A DNA stretch of 64,000 bases, from contig CALKEQ010000004.1 in the NCBI GenBank assembly GCA_938084905.1, forward strand, positions 132,269 through 196,268, in the 5' to 3' direction. Source of the DNA: an uncultured bacterium (GTDB lineage Bacteria; Desulfobacterota; Syntrophorhabdia; Syntrophorhabdales; JANXAF01). Numbering within the stretch: position 1 is the first letter of the stretch; each line of letters opens with the position of its first letter. The position numbers and the translations under genes were made by a program. Positions 48,701 to 56,868 of this stretch are shown piece by piece. The notes under the pieces are model-generated. The model saw only the letters and a program-made list of their open reading frames with translations. It was not told the origin of the DNA and searched no databases.

Positions 48701-49866
48701 TTGCGGACTATGTCTGCTCCTATGAAGTCAGCAGTCAGGTATCTTCCAGAACCAGTCGTTCCTGCACCGACAATAATAACCTTATCTCCTATCTCCTCCC
48801 CTATCTCCTTTAACCCCCTTTTTACAGCCTCAAGTGGCCTACCCTCAGTCATCAGATACCTCTTTGCCAGTACGTTCTTATCCTTGTCGATTACGACAAG
48901 GTTCGTGCTTATGGAGCCTACATCAACTCCCAAATAAGCCTCAACTTTTTCAGTGACAGGTTTTACATCGTATGAGACTCTCAGATTCTCCTCTGAAATG
49001 GTGAGCCTCTCTTGAACTTCCTCTTCTTTTTCGGAAAGGAGGTATTCTTCGAGCTCATCAAATCCTCTGAAATTTTGTCTAAGAGAAGGGTTCTCAAGTA
49101 CGGCAAAGACAGCTCCGATTGCACCCATTGAAGTAAAATGGTCAGGAATTATTAGTTCATCTTCCGCCAAAGAAAAAACGTCCTTTATCGCTCTTATCAT
49201 CCCCTTGTTTGCAGCCACACCTCCTATAAAGGCAACGGGCTTTTCTATGTCCTTCCCCTTTGCAATATTTCCCTTGAAATTCCTTGCTAAGGCGTAACAG
49301 AGTCCTGCAACTATATCGTAGTCGGGGGTTGCTATCTGCTGAAGATGGATCATATCAGTCTTAGCGAAAACCGTGCATCTTCCAGCTATTCTAGGTGGAT
49401 TTTTTGACTTGAGGGCTAAGTCCCCAAACTCCTCAATTGTTAGTTTAAGCCTTGATGCTTGTTGATCCAAAAATGAACCTGTTCCAGCTGCACACAGGGC
49501 GTTCATTGAAAAATCCTTTATCTTTAGCTTTCCTCCCACACTTTCGAATATTATCAGCTTTGAGTCCTCACCACCTATGTCTATAACGGTCCTCACATGG
49601 GGATAAAGGTAACTGAAGGCCCGGGAGGCAGCCACAACTTCGTTGATAAAGGAGGCGCCTATTTTGGAAGCGAACACCTTCGCTCCCGTACCTGTTGTGG
49701 AAATGAAATCCAGAGTGTATTTATCCATGATCTCCTTTAGTGCATCCCTCGCAACCTCTAAAGGTCTTCCCATGTGCCTAATGTATCTTTCATGAAGTAC
49801 GGATCTTTTCTCATCAATAACGACTAGATTAACGCTTATCGAACCTATGTCTATTCCCACATACAT
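45715..49866 (-). CDS. Large fusion: two BadF/BadG/BcrA/BcrD (HgdC-like) activator ATPase modules plus 2-hydroxyacyl-CoA dehydratase/BcrBC-like C-terminal domains; substrate unknown
   Basis: 1383 aa. There are two repeats of DIGS.S...(V)ID ... CAAGTGSFL ... RCTVF ... GG(V/T)A.NKG. The C-terminal ~780 aa carries ESCFPVKLAHGH, FGCGPDSF, ECYPC and GGGPCRFGQY motifs. Confidence 0.8.
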   Translation of the reverse strand: MYVGIDIGSISVNLVVIDEKRSVLHERYIRHMGRPLEVARDALKEIMDKYTLDFISTTGTGAKVFASKIGASFINEVVAASRAFSYLYPHVRTVIDIGGEDSKLIIFESVGGKLKIKDFSMNALCAAGTGSFLDQQASRLKLTIEEFGDLALKSKNPPRIAGRCTVFAKTDMIHLQQIATPDYDIVAGLCYALARNFKGNIAKGKDIEKPVAFIGGVAANKGMIRAIKDVFSLAEDELIIPDHFTSMGAIGAVFAVLENPSLRQNFRGFDELEEYLLSEKEEEVQERLTISEENLRVSYDVKPVTEKVEAYLGVDVGSISTNLVVIDKDKNVLAKRYLMTEGRPLEAVKRGLKEIGEEIGDKVIIVGAGTTGSGRYLTADFIGADIVRNEITAQAEAAINIDPEVDTIFEIGGQDSKYISIERGVIVDFEMNKACAAGTGSFLEEQAERLGISIKDEFGRLALESKKPVKMGERCTVFIESDLVHHQQRGAKKEDLVSGLSYSIVKNYLNRVVGDRKIGNKIFFQGGTAFNKGVVAAFEKVLNKPIKVPPHHDVTGAIGVAILAMKERTWEKSSFKGFDLSKRKYEIETFECKGCENLCEIRKVTVEGETPLYYGSRCEKYDVLRRTKKTEMKDYFALRQNLLLNTYDREVSGEVIGVPMILYNHEFFPFWKAFLSELGFSVVPSDPTNKKIIRDGVENVIVESCFPVKLAHGHVLNLIDKGIRTIFLPSVINIKSPSKIVSNTFVCPYAQSFPYTVRGSIDFSEKGVKVLSPVVYFGQGEEITLANLYEFGRRIRRSKEEIKKAYFVAKEAQDQFYRKCLEAGQEYLGEIGGEKKGMVIIGRPYNSFDPGANLNIHKKLMDLGVYPVPYDMLPIMEGAEEDEDLKDMYWGYGQKILRAAKFLKEKPNLYGIYVTNFGCGPDSFITHFFKKVIEGKPYLQLEIDEHSADAGIITRLEAFLDSIKNAKKEKPPVRAVRSFFLSDGKRKMYIPHMCDHSYPFASAFRACGVEAEVMETSNEETVNLGRKFTLGRECYPCILTTGDMVRTAMRPDFDPKRSAFFMPSGGGPCRFGQYHRFHRMVLDELGFEDVPIYAPNQDHRFYEELNIVGGKFKRLGWKAIVSVDLMLKMVHEIRPRELYPGNTDRVYKECLEKVCLSIERGGEDFLDVLKEVVKAFLSIPKRDEKKPIVGIVGEIYIRQNAFSNNDIIRKVEELGGMCWLAPITEWVSYINYMGKKKAIRHRSYSNLLSILLTEYFQKKDEHEMEKLFEEYISYGKEPSVKTILKKAAPYIHESFEGEAILTVGKSIDFIEKGVSGIINAMPFTCMPGTISSAIMRLIQKKYNVPVLNIAFDGQGLSNIDTRIEAFMHQVKEHFEQKETIRRR

Positions 49867-49955
49867 TTTTTTCCTCCGACTCTCTTTTGATTTGCCCGAA
49901 ACCTTTATGTTAATATAATAATTGACAAGCTAAATCAACATTCACTTGGGAGCAA

Positions 49956-50231
49956 ATGAAAAAAAGAGTACACGTCATAGTTAAGGGCAAAGTTCAGGGA
50001 GTTTTTTTTAGATATAACACGATGAAGGTTGCGCAAAGTCTGGGAATAAAGGGCTGGGTACGCAACTTGAGAGACGGAAGTGTGGAGATTGTGTGCGAAG
50101 GGGAAGATAAAGATATAGATGAGCTTATAAAGTGGTGCTGGAGGGGACCTCCTGGAGCATTTGTGGAAAAAGTTGACATAAAAGAAGAGGAATACGTAGG
50201 AGAGTTTAGTAACTTTGAAATCAGGTACTGA
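49956..50231 (+). CDS. acyP: Acylphosphatase
   Basis: 91 aa with V.G.VQGV.FR and GWVRN..DGSVE motifs. Confidence 0.85.
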   Translation: MKKRVHVIVKGKVQGVFFRYNTMKVAQSLGIKGWVRNLRDGSVEIVCEGEDKDIDELIKWCWRGPPGAFVEKVDIKEEEYVGEFSNFEIRY

Positions 50232-50856
50232 AAAAAACTACTTCCCTTTCTTCCTTGACATTTCAAATAAAAAGTTTCTCGTTGTCGGTGGAGGTAAGGT
50301 TGCGGAGAGAAAAATCCGTAGCCTCCTCCGTTTCAATGCGAAGGTAAAGGTTGTAAGCCCAAAGATCGGTAGAAATTTAAAAGTAATGGCTGAGAAAGGT
50401 CTCATATGTCTAGAGAGTAAAGAGTACGAGACCTCTGACCTTAAAGGAATCGACTTTGTAATTTCCGCAACAAACGATGGGAATTTAAACAGGAAAATAA
50501 GCGAAGATGCAGAAAAAAAGGGGATCATTGCAAATGTTGTTGACGATCCTTCGCTATGTAGCTTTGTCATGCCTTCAATAGTGAAGAAGGGGCCAATAGT
50601 AGTTGCCATATCAACTTCAGGAAACTTACCCCTTCTATCAAAAAAACTGAGGAAAGATATTCAAAAGATGCTAAATGCTGACTATCTCAGGTACTTCTCG
50701 AGGATGAGCAAAATAAGACGAATGCTAAAAAGGGAAATTCAGGACAGAAAGGCAAGAGAAAAGATCTTGAGAAATATCTCCTCCTTGGGTGTAAAAGAAG
50801 TTGCCAGGATGAATATTAGAGAGATAAAAAAGCTCGTTGGGAGCATGAAAAAGTGA
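50215..50856 (+). CDS. Precorrin-2 dehydrogenase / sirohydrochlorin ferrochelatase (SirC/CysG N-terminal domain type)
   Basis: FPFFLDISNKKFLVVGGGKVAERK Rossmann start typical of Met8p/CysG-N/SirC. 213 aa. Confidence 0.8.
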   Translation: MKSGTEKNYFPFFLDISNKKFLVVGGGKVAERKIRSLLRFNAKVKVVSPKIGRNLKVMAEKGLICLESKEYETSDLKGIDFVISATNDGNLNRKISEDAEKKGIIANVVDDPSLCSFVMPSIVKKGPIVVAISTSGNLPLLSKKLRKDIQKMLNADYLRYFSRMSKIRRMLKREIQDRKAREKILRNISSLGVKEVARMNIREIKKLVGSMKK

Positions 50857-51668
50857 ACCTTTACTTTTACTACGTTGCCTTTGCTTTCTATCTCCTCTCA
50901 TCTTTTTTTTATCTTCTGTACTTTGCCATTGGAAAGGATTCCATAGAAAGGCCAGGATTCTTTTTCCTCTTTTTTGCCTCAGCAGTCCATCTTTTTAGTA
51001 TCATTGTCAGATACTTTGAGGCCGGATACACTCCCATTACGAACCTCCACGAATCCCTCTCCTTTTTCGCATTCTGCATAGGGGGGCTATTTATCTTTAT
51101 TAGACACATGTACGGTGCATCGGTCCTTGGTTCATTCGTCTTGCCCTCCATCTCTACGATCGTTATATTTTCCCTATTCCATTCTGTGGAGATAAGACCT
51201 CTCCCCCCTTATTTGAGAAGCTACTACCTTCCAGTTCACACTGTATTTTCCTTTCTCGGAAATGGTGCGTTTTTTATAAGTTTTATCGTTTCGATCATCT
51301 ACATACTGACTGAAAACTACATAAAAAAGAAAAAGATACCTCCTTATGCCATGAGACTTCCACCCCTTGAGCTTCTTGACAGGGTAAACGTAAGGTGCAT
51401 ATCAATAGGCTTTCCATTTCTCACATTAGGCATAATTACAGGATCTCTTTGGGCGAGTATTGCTTGGGGCTCGTACTGGAGCTGGGATCCAAAGGAGGTA
51501 TGGTCGCTCATAACTTGGCTTACTTATGCCATTGTGATACACAGAAGACTCCTTTTTGGCTGGAAGGGTAGAAAAACGGCTTATATGATGATCCTTGGCT
51601 TCTTTTCCATCCTTGTCACCTTTTTAGGCGTTAACTATTTTATGGGAGGAAGGCACTCTTACCTCTGA
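50853..51668 (+). CDS. CcsA/HemX-like cytochrome c assembly family membrane protein
   Basis: 8 TM segments and the Trp-rich motif WGSYWSWDPKEVWSLITW. It lies immediately upstream of hemA, as for hemX in hemAXCDBL-type clusters. Confidence 0.75.
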   Translation: MNLYFYYVAFAFYLLSSFFYLLYFAIGKDSIERPGFFFLFFASAVHLFSIIVRYFEAGYTPITNLHESLSFFAFCIGGLFIFIRHMYGASVLGSFVLPSISTIVIFSLFHSVEIRPLPPYLRSYYLPVHTVFSFLGNGAFFISFIVSIIYILTENYIKKKKIPPYAMRLPPLELLDRVNVRCISIGFPFLTLGIITGSLWASIAWGSYWSWDPKEVWSLITWLTYAIVIHRRLLFGWKGRKTAYMMILGFFSILVTFLGVNYFMGGRHSYL

Positions 51669-52948
51669 TGCAAATACTCGTTTTTGGTTTAAATCACGCA
51701 ACTGCACCTATAGAAATCAGGGAAAAGTTTTTCATCCCAGAGGAAAGGATTGGAAACTTCATAGAGGATCTAAAAGGAAAGGGGCTAAGAGAGGTGGTCG
51801 TTCTCTCAACCTGCAATAGAACGGAGGTCTATCTGTTCACTGAAAAGCCAGAAACAGATATCAAGGTATTAATAAGCTCCATGGTCGATTTTCTTAAGAT
51901 TGAAGAAAGATGGCTTGAAGATTACACCTACCTTTTAAAAAATGAGGATGCCTATAGGCATCTGCTTCTCGTCGCATCAGGACTCGACTCAATGGTAATA
52001 GGGGAACCTCAAATCCTTGGGCAGGTAAAGGATGCTTACAGAATTGCCACTTTCATGAACTCTACCGGCTACCTTTCTAACAAGATCTTTCACAGGGCAT
52101 TCAACATTGCAAAGAAGGTAAGAACCGAAACCAAAGTTGGTTATAGTCCCCTATCTATAAGCTCTATGGCATGCGAGATGGCAAAAAGGATATTCGGGGA
52201 TCTAAGGAAGAAAAAGATCTTAACAATTGGTGCGGGTGAGATGACAAAAATCGCACTAAAAAATTTCAAGAAGGAAGGTATTGAGAAGGTCTACATCGTA
52301 AATAGAACTTTCGCAAATGCAAAAAGACTTGCGGAAGATGTCTTTGGAGAGGCCTACCCGTTCTCAGAGATGGAAAGACTCCTTTTGGATGTTGATCTCG
52401 TTTTAACTTCTACTGGGTCGGAGGATTTTATATTGAAAAGGGACTCAATTTTAAAAATAATGAAAGCGCGCAAATTCAGACCTTTATTTATCATAGACAT
52501 AGCTGTCCCGAGAGATGTGGAACCATCAGTAAATGACATAGAGAATGTTTACCTTTACAACATCGATGATCTGAAGGAACTTTCCCAAAGACACCTATCA
52601 GACAGAATGAGGGAGGCCGAAAAAGCAAAACTGATTGTGGAGGAAGAAGTAAGAAAGCTTCCCCTTCTTCTCAAGCAGATAGATGTGAAACCCCTAATAT
52701 TACACATCCTCGATTACGTTGAGAGAATAAGGAAAGAAGAGCTAAGGAAGGCCTTTTCAAAAATTAAGGATCTGGATGAGGAGGTTCGGGAAGAACTGGA
52801 GCACCTTACAAGTTCCATTGTGAAAAAGATCATACATCCGCACATAGAACTGATAAAGAAAAATGGAAGTTACGAAGTATTAGAGACAATGAGCATGCTT
52901 TTCAAATTCGAGGAAAAGTATGAAAAGGAAGATAAGGGTGGGCAGTAG
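51668..52948 (+). CDS. hemA: Glutamyl-tRNA reductase
   Basis: Motifs LSTCNRTE (catalytic Cys), GEPQILGQVK and IGAGEM (NADPH). Confidence 0.9.
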   Translation: MQILVFGLNHATAPIEIREKFFIPEERIGNFIEDLKGKGLREVVVLSTCNRTEVYLFTEKPETDIKVLISSMVDFLKIEERWLEDYTYLLKNEDAYRHLLLVASGLDSMVIGEPQILGQVKDAYRIATFMNSTGYLSNKIFHRAFNIAKKVRTETKVGYSPLSISSMACEMAKRIFGDLRKKKILTIGAGEMTKIALKNFKKEGIEKVYIVNRTFANAKRLAEDVFGEAYPFSEMERLLLDVDLVLTSTGSEDFILKRDSILKIMKARKFRPLFIIDIAVPRDVEPSVNDIENVYLYNIDDLKELSQRHLSDRMREAEKAKLIVEEEVRKLPLLLKQIDVKPLILHILDYVERIRKEELRKAFSKIKDLDEEVREELEHLTSSIVKKIIHPHIELIKKNGSYEVLETMSMLFKFEEKYEKEDKGGQ

Positions 52949-53825
52949 AGGAAGTAGACTTGCTATCAAGCAGGCAGAGATAGCTATAGAGGCTCTCAAA
53001 TCCTTTTACCCAGACGTAGAATTCCAGATTAGGATAATAAAAACAACGGGAGATACCATATGGGACAGACCCCTCTATGAGATTAGGGGGAAAGGCTTTT
53101 TCATAAAGGAGATTGAAGAGGCCTTGCTATCAGATGAGATAGATATGGCCGTCCACAGCATGAAAGATGTTCCAACAGAATTGAGAAAGGGATTGACAAT
53201 CGCTGCCATACTTAGGAGAGAAGATCCAAGGGATGCTTTTGTTTCTTTCGATTTTCAAACATTGGAAGAACTTCCAGGCAACTCCACGATCGGTACCAGT
53301 AGCTTAAGAAGGCGTGCTCAGATAATGAACCTAAGAAGTGATATAAAAGTTGTACCGATCAGGGGAAACGTGGAAACAAGATTAAGAAAGATAAAAACGG
53401 AGCGTCTCTCCGGAGCTATTCTCGCATACTGCGGATTGAGGAGGCTTGGGCTTGAAGGTCATGTGACTTCCATAATCCCGAGGGATGTTATCGTACCTCC
53501 AGCCGGTCAAGGGGCTATAGGAATAGAGGTAAGGGAAGGATCAGATCTTTTTTACATGGCTAGAAAGATCAATGACGAGAAGACATCGAGGGAGGTGGAG
53601 CTTGAAAGAAAGATACAGATGCTCATAGGCGGTGGATGTCACACACCCTTTGGTGTGAATGTGGAGTCCCATCAAGAATCCTTCATCCTTTACGCTTTTT
53701 TAATGTCCCAAGACGGTAGTTTTGTAAAATTGAAAGAAAGAGGATCTTGGGCAGATTGCGATGACTTTGTGAAGGAGATTGTGGAAAAACTTAGAAAGCC
53801 CCCCGAGGGGGGCTTAAAAATTTAA
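52920..53825 (+). CDS. hemC: Hydroxymethylbilane synthase (porphobilinogen deaminase)
   Basis: Motifs RVGSRGSRLA..QA, D.AVHS.KD.P, RGN..TRL and the cofactor Cys region GGC..P. Confidence 0.9.
   Translation: MKRKIRVGSRGSRLAIKQAEIAIEALKSFYPDVEFQIRIIKTTGDTIWDRPLYEIRGKGFFIKEIEEALLSDEIDMAVHSMKDVPTELRKGLTIAAILRREDPRDAFVSFDFQTLEELPGNSTIGTSSLRRRAQIMNLRSDIKVVPIRGNVETRLRKIKTERLSGAILAYCGLRRLGLEGHVTSIIPRDVIVPPAGQGAIGIEVREGSDLFYMARKINDEKTSREVELERKIQMLIGGGCHTPFGVNVESHQESFILYAFLMSQDGSFVKLKERGSWADCDDFVKEIVEKLRKPPEGGLKI
53780..53815 (-). terminator. Candidate terminator of hup, embedded in the 3' coding end of hemC
   Basis: The minus strand reads TTTTT-AAGCCCCC-CTCG-GGGGGCTT-TCTAAGTTTTT, an 8-bp stem at 53796-53815, starting 6 nt after the hup stop. 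Confidence 0.45.
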
Positions 53826-54091
53826 ACTGCTTCCCTTAAGGATTTGCCTGGAGTAAACTTTGGAACACTTCTCGCGGGGATCTTTATCTCTTTTCCTGTC
53901 CTTGGATTTCTTCCCTTTCTTGCTTTCCTCTTAGCCACGCTGAAAGTACCGAAGCCAACGAGGGTGACCTTCTCCTCCTTCTTAAGAGCCGATTTCACGG
54001 CCTCGATGAAAGCTTCCAGGGCCTTGCTCGCAGCTGCTTTTGTTATACCTGCGCCTTCAGCCATTTTGCTAACAATTTCTGCTTTTGTCAT
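53822..54091 (-). CDS. hup: HU family DNA-binding protein
   Basis: 89 aa. MTKAEIV..., GFGTF....R.AR.GRNP.TG..I.IPA...P.F.PGK is the canonical HU arm. Confidence 0.9.
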   Translation of the reverse strand: MTKAEIVSKMAEGAGITKAAASKALEAFIEAVKSALKKEEKVTLVGFGTFSVAKRKARKGRNPRTGKEIKIPARSVPKFTPGKSLREAV

Positions 54092-54257
54092 AAGCCCCTC
54101 CTTGAAGCTTTTTTTTACGCGGCTTTATAGCCGCGATCTCTGTAAACACTTAATATATCTAATTTTGCAAAATATGCAAGAATTTTTTCCACAATTTTTC
54201 GAGCTTTTTGAAAAATTGGCTTGATATAGAAGGATTTAGTGTGGTACAAATCTTCGC

Positions 54258-54875
54258 GTGTTAATTGAGGTACTCTTCGAAAACCCACTTGCATTTCTAC
54301 TCCTCGCTATCCCCCTCATCTATGCCATCGTTTTTCATGAAGTTGCACATGCTTACACGGCTTACCTAATGGGAGACACAAGCCAAAGGTGGCAAGGCAG
54401 ACTTACTTTAAATCCCCTAAGCCACCTTGACCCTTTTGGTACATTGGCGCTTTTTATATTCGGATTCGGCTGGGCCAAACCTGTTCAAATCAATTTTTAC
54501 ATGCTCAGAAGGGGAAGGTTCGGATTTATCTCCGTTTCAGCAGCTGGGATTTTAGCGAATGTACTCTTTGCCTTTTTCTCTCTCCTTCTCCTTAAGGTTC
54601 TCTTGCCTTATCCTGGAAGCACCGTCTACTTTCTTCTCTCCTATTTTGCAAAGGTAAACCTTATCCTTGCGTCTTTTAATCTCCTTCCCATACCACCTTT
54701 AGATGGTTCAAAGATCCTTATGGGTATGGCAAGGGGCAGGCTGAGATACCTACTTATGAGATTGGAACCTTACGGATTTTACATAATCCTTCTTCTCCTG
54801 ATTATTGGGCTACTTGATCCCCTCGTCCGTCTCGTAAGATCAATTCTCCTACTAATAATAGACCTACTTATCTGA
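54258..54875 (+). CDS. M50 (site-2 protease) family membrane metalloprotease
   Basis: HEVAHA (HExxH) within TM1, NLLPIPPLDGSK second motif, and LNPL.HLDP. GTG start. Confidence 0.75.
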   Translation: MLIEVLFENPLAFLLLAIPLIYAIVFHEVAHAYTAYLMGDTSQRWQGRLTLNPLSHLDPFGTLALFIFGFGWAKPVQINFYMLRRGRFGFISVSAAGILANVLFAFFSLLLLKVLLPYPGSTVYFLLSYFAKVNLILASFNLLPIPPLDGSKILMGMARGRLRYLLMRLEPYGFYIILLLLIIGLLDPLVRLVRSILLLIIDLLI

Positions 54876-54898
54876 TGTGGGCCACAAGGAACGTCCTG

Positions 54899-55141
54899 TC
54901 AGTTGAGAATAGTGTAAGTGGTTACAACCCTTTTTTTACAGACAGGACATATGGGTTCTATAAGCGTGACAGTCTTTCCAAGAACATTCACCTTTCTAAA
55001 ATAAACACCTGGAGCTTCATAAAGATCCTTCTCACTGAAAACCTTTCCGCAGGAGCAGCAAGGAGCCTCCTGCCTCACAAAGCTTCCGCGAAAAACCTCT
55101 TCAGCGTACTTCGAAATTATCTCTTTCTCTCTCTCCGTCAC
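54899..55141 (-). CDS. Hypothetical small zinc-ribbon protein
   Basis: 80 aa with CCSCG...CPVC Cys pairs. It lies 31 nt downstream of the GGDEF gene on the same strand. No family recognised. Confidence 0.45.
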   Translation of the reverse strand: MTEREKEIISKYAEEVFRGSFVRQEAPCCSCGKVFSEKDLYEAPGVYFRKVNVLGKTVTLIEPICPVCKKRVVTTYTILN

Positions 55142-55172
55142 GAATTAAATTTAATTCTTAGAAAGTTGATCG

Positions 55173-56840
55173 TCAAGAAGGATCCTCCTGATCGTATATC
55201 TTGAATCCATTTCTACCACTCTGCTTTACCTCGTACATGGCTAGATCGGCCTTTCTCAAAAGGGAGTCAAGGTCGACTCCATGTTTTGGATAGATGGAAA
55301 AACCCACACTTACAGTAACTGGAAAAACCATATCCCTCACCGCAATTGGAGTGGAAAAAACCCTAAGTATCTTCTCACCAACAGTTGCCACATCCTCAAT
55401 TTTCTTTATATTTGTAAAAACACCCATGAATTCGTCCCCACCCATCCTGGCAATGGTATCCGTCCTTCTTACCGCATTCCTCAGCCTCTCCGCAACTTCC
55501 TTCAGTACAAGATCACCCAGATCGTGGCCGTGCAAATCGTTTATGTCCTTAAATCTATCTATATCGAGCATCATGACCGCCACCATCTCATTCGTCCTTC
55601 TCGCATGTGCCATTGCAATACTCAACCTGTCGGCGAAAAGGGATCTGTTAGGAAGGCCTGTGAGCATATCATGGAATGCCATGTACCTTATTTTTTCCTC
55701 AGCCTTCTTTTTTTCCGTTACATCCCTTATAATGCCATGATACTCAACGATTCTGTTTTGCTCGTCCCTTATTCCTGTCACAGTCAAAAGGCAGTCTATA
55801 ATTTCGCCGTTCATTTTTTTCAATCTCATCTCAAAGTCCTTTACAAATCCGTTTCTCTCTATTGCGGTCTTCAGCCTTATCTTATCCTCCTTGCTTACAT
55901 AGGCATCTTTAGCGTTTCTTTTCATAATCTCCTCTTTCTTTTCCCCAAACATCTCACAGAAAGCTGTGTTGACATCTATGAACCACCCGTCTTTTGTCGT
56001 AATGTAGATGGCATCTCTCGATGTTTCAAAAATCGATCTGAACCTTCGCTCACTTTCTATAAGTTCCCTTTCCATCATTTTGAAACCTGTCACATCTCTG
56101 ATCACCGAGACTACTCTTCCATCTTCAAGGTATTCACCTTTCAGCTCTACTTCCTTTTCAGTACCGTTCTTACACACTATCTTCAAATCTACCATTTCCC
56201 CTGATCTTCTGTTCTCCCAGAAATCTGCGATTTTTTCCTTATCTTCCCCTTCTCGGAATGCAACGTTTAGGAAGGTTTTTACGTCAGGGATATCTTCCGC
56301 AGTGTAACCTGTAATGTTTGTGAACTCCCTATTTAGGTATTCTACCTTTCCGCTCTCATCTGTGACTATTATTCCGACTGGCAAATTTTCAAAAAAGGAA
56401 AAAAACGTCTCCCTTTCTTTTTTGTACTTTTCTTCTTTCTCTTTGAGATCTGTTACATCTTCAACGAATACAATAGCCCTTTTTACTCCACCTGACTTTA
56501 AAGGAATGCCAGTGAATTTTCTGTATCTCCTTTTTTTCTCGAAGTAAGAAGTATAAGGGATGGGACCTAAAACGAACTCCTTTCCCTCTAATGCCCCCCT
56601 TATCTTCAAATCTAGACCCATCTCTTTGAAGTGAACAAGTTCATAGACGTTCAAGTTTTTAAATTTTTCAGCCGATACTCCTGAGATTTTTGCCATCGCT
56701 TCGTTTGCGTACTCTATCATTCCGTCGTCCTTGACAACAAAAACTCCAAACGGAGCGTTCTCTATTACCGAAAGCAAAACTTCTAATTCTCCATTGAGAT
56801 TCTTCTTTTTCTTCACCTTCCCTTGTGAAGGAGCTTCCAA
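55173..56840 (-). CDS. Multi-PAS diguanylate cyclase (GGDEF)
   Basis: Three to four PAS-like repeats followed by a GGDEF domain (RMGGDEFMGVF) with an RxxD-like I-site region upstream. Confidence 0.85.
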   Translation of the reverse strand: MEAPSQGKVKKKKNLNGELEVLLSVIENAPFGVFVVKDDGMIEYANEAMAKISGVSAEKFKNLNVYELVHFKEMGLDLKIRGALEGKEFVLGPIPYTSYFEKKRRYRKFTGIPLKSGGVKRAIVFVEDVTDLKEKEEKYKKERETFFSFFENLPVGIIVTDESGKVEYLNREFTNITGYTAEDIPDVKTFLNVAFREGEDKEKIADFWENRRSGEMVDLKIVCKNGTEKEVELKGEYLEDGRVVSVIRDVTGFKMMERELIESERRFRSIFETSRDAIYITTKDGWFIDVNTAFCEMFGEKKEEIMKRNAKDAYVSKEDKIRLKTAIERNGFVKDFEMRLKKMNGEIIDCLLTVTGIRDEQNRIVEYHGIIRDVTEKKKAEEKIRYMAFHDMLTGLPNRSLFADRLSIAMAHARRTNEMVAVMMLDIDRFKDINDLHGHDLGDLVLKEVAERLRNAVRRTDTIARMGGDEFMGVFTNIKKIEDVATVGEKILRVFSTPIAVRDMVFPVTVSVGFSIYPKHGVDLDSLLRKADLAMYEVKQSGRNGFKIYDQEDPS

Positions 56841-56868
56841 GGGATCAACCCCCTTCTCAAAACTATTT

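Noticed and set aside
54112-54180. A CGCGGCT-TTAT-AGCCGCG hairpin and a TTGCA/TGCAA inverted repeat upstream of hup, as a terminator or operator.
   Set aside because: On the hup strand the hairpin is followed by A's, not U's, so it is not a terminator. It is probably a 5'-UTR stabilising stem. The short inverted repeat overlaps a plausible -35 element, and its function is unassignable.
55281-56204. A 307-aa + strand ORF (plus ORFs 55294-55740, 56008-56307 and 56314-56547) opposite the PAS-GGDEF gene.
   Set aside because: It is antisense to a well-supported gene. The composition is low-complexity and rich in His, Cys, Phe and Leu, with no motifs. Long stop-free antisense frames are expected opposite GAA/AAG-rich thermophile coding sequence.
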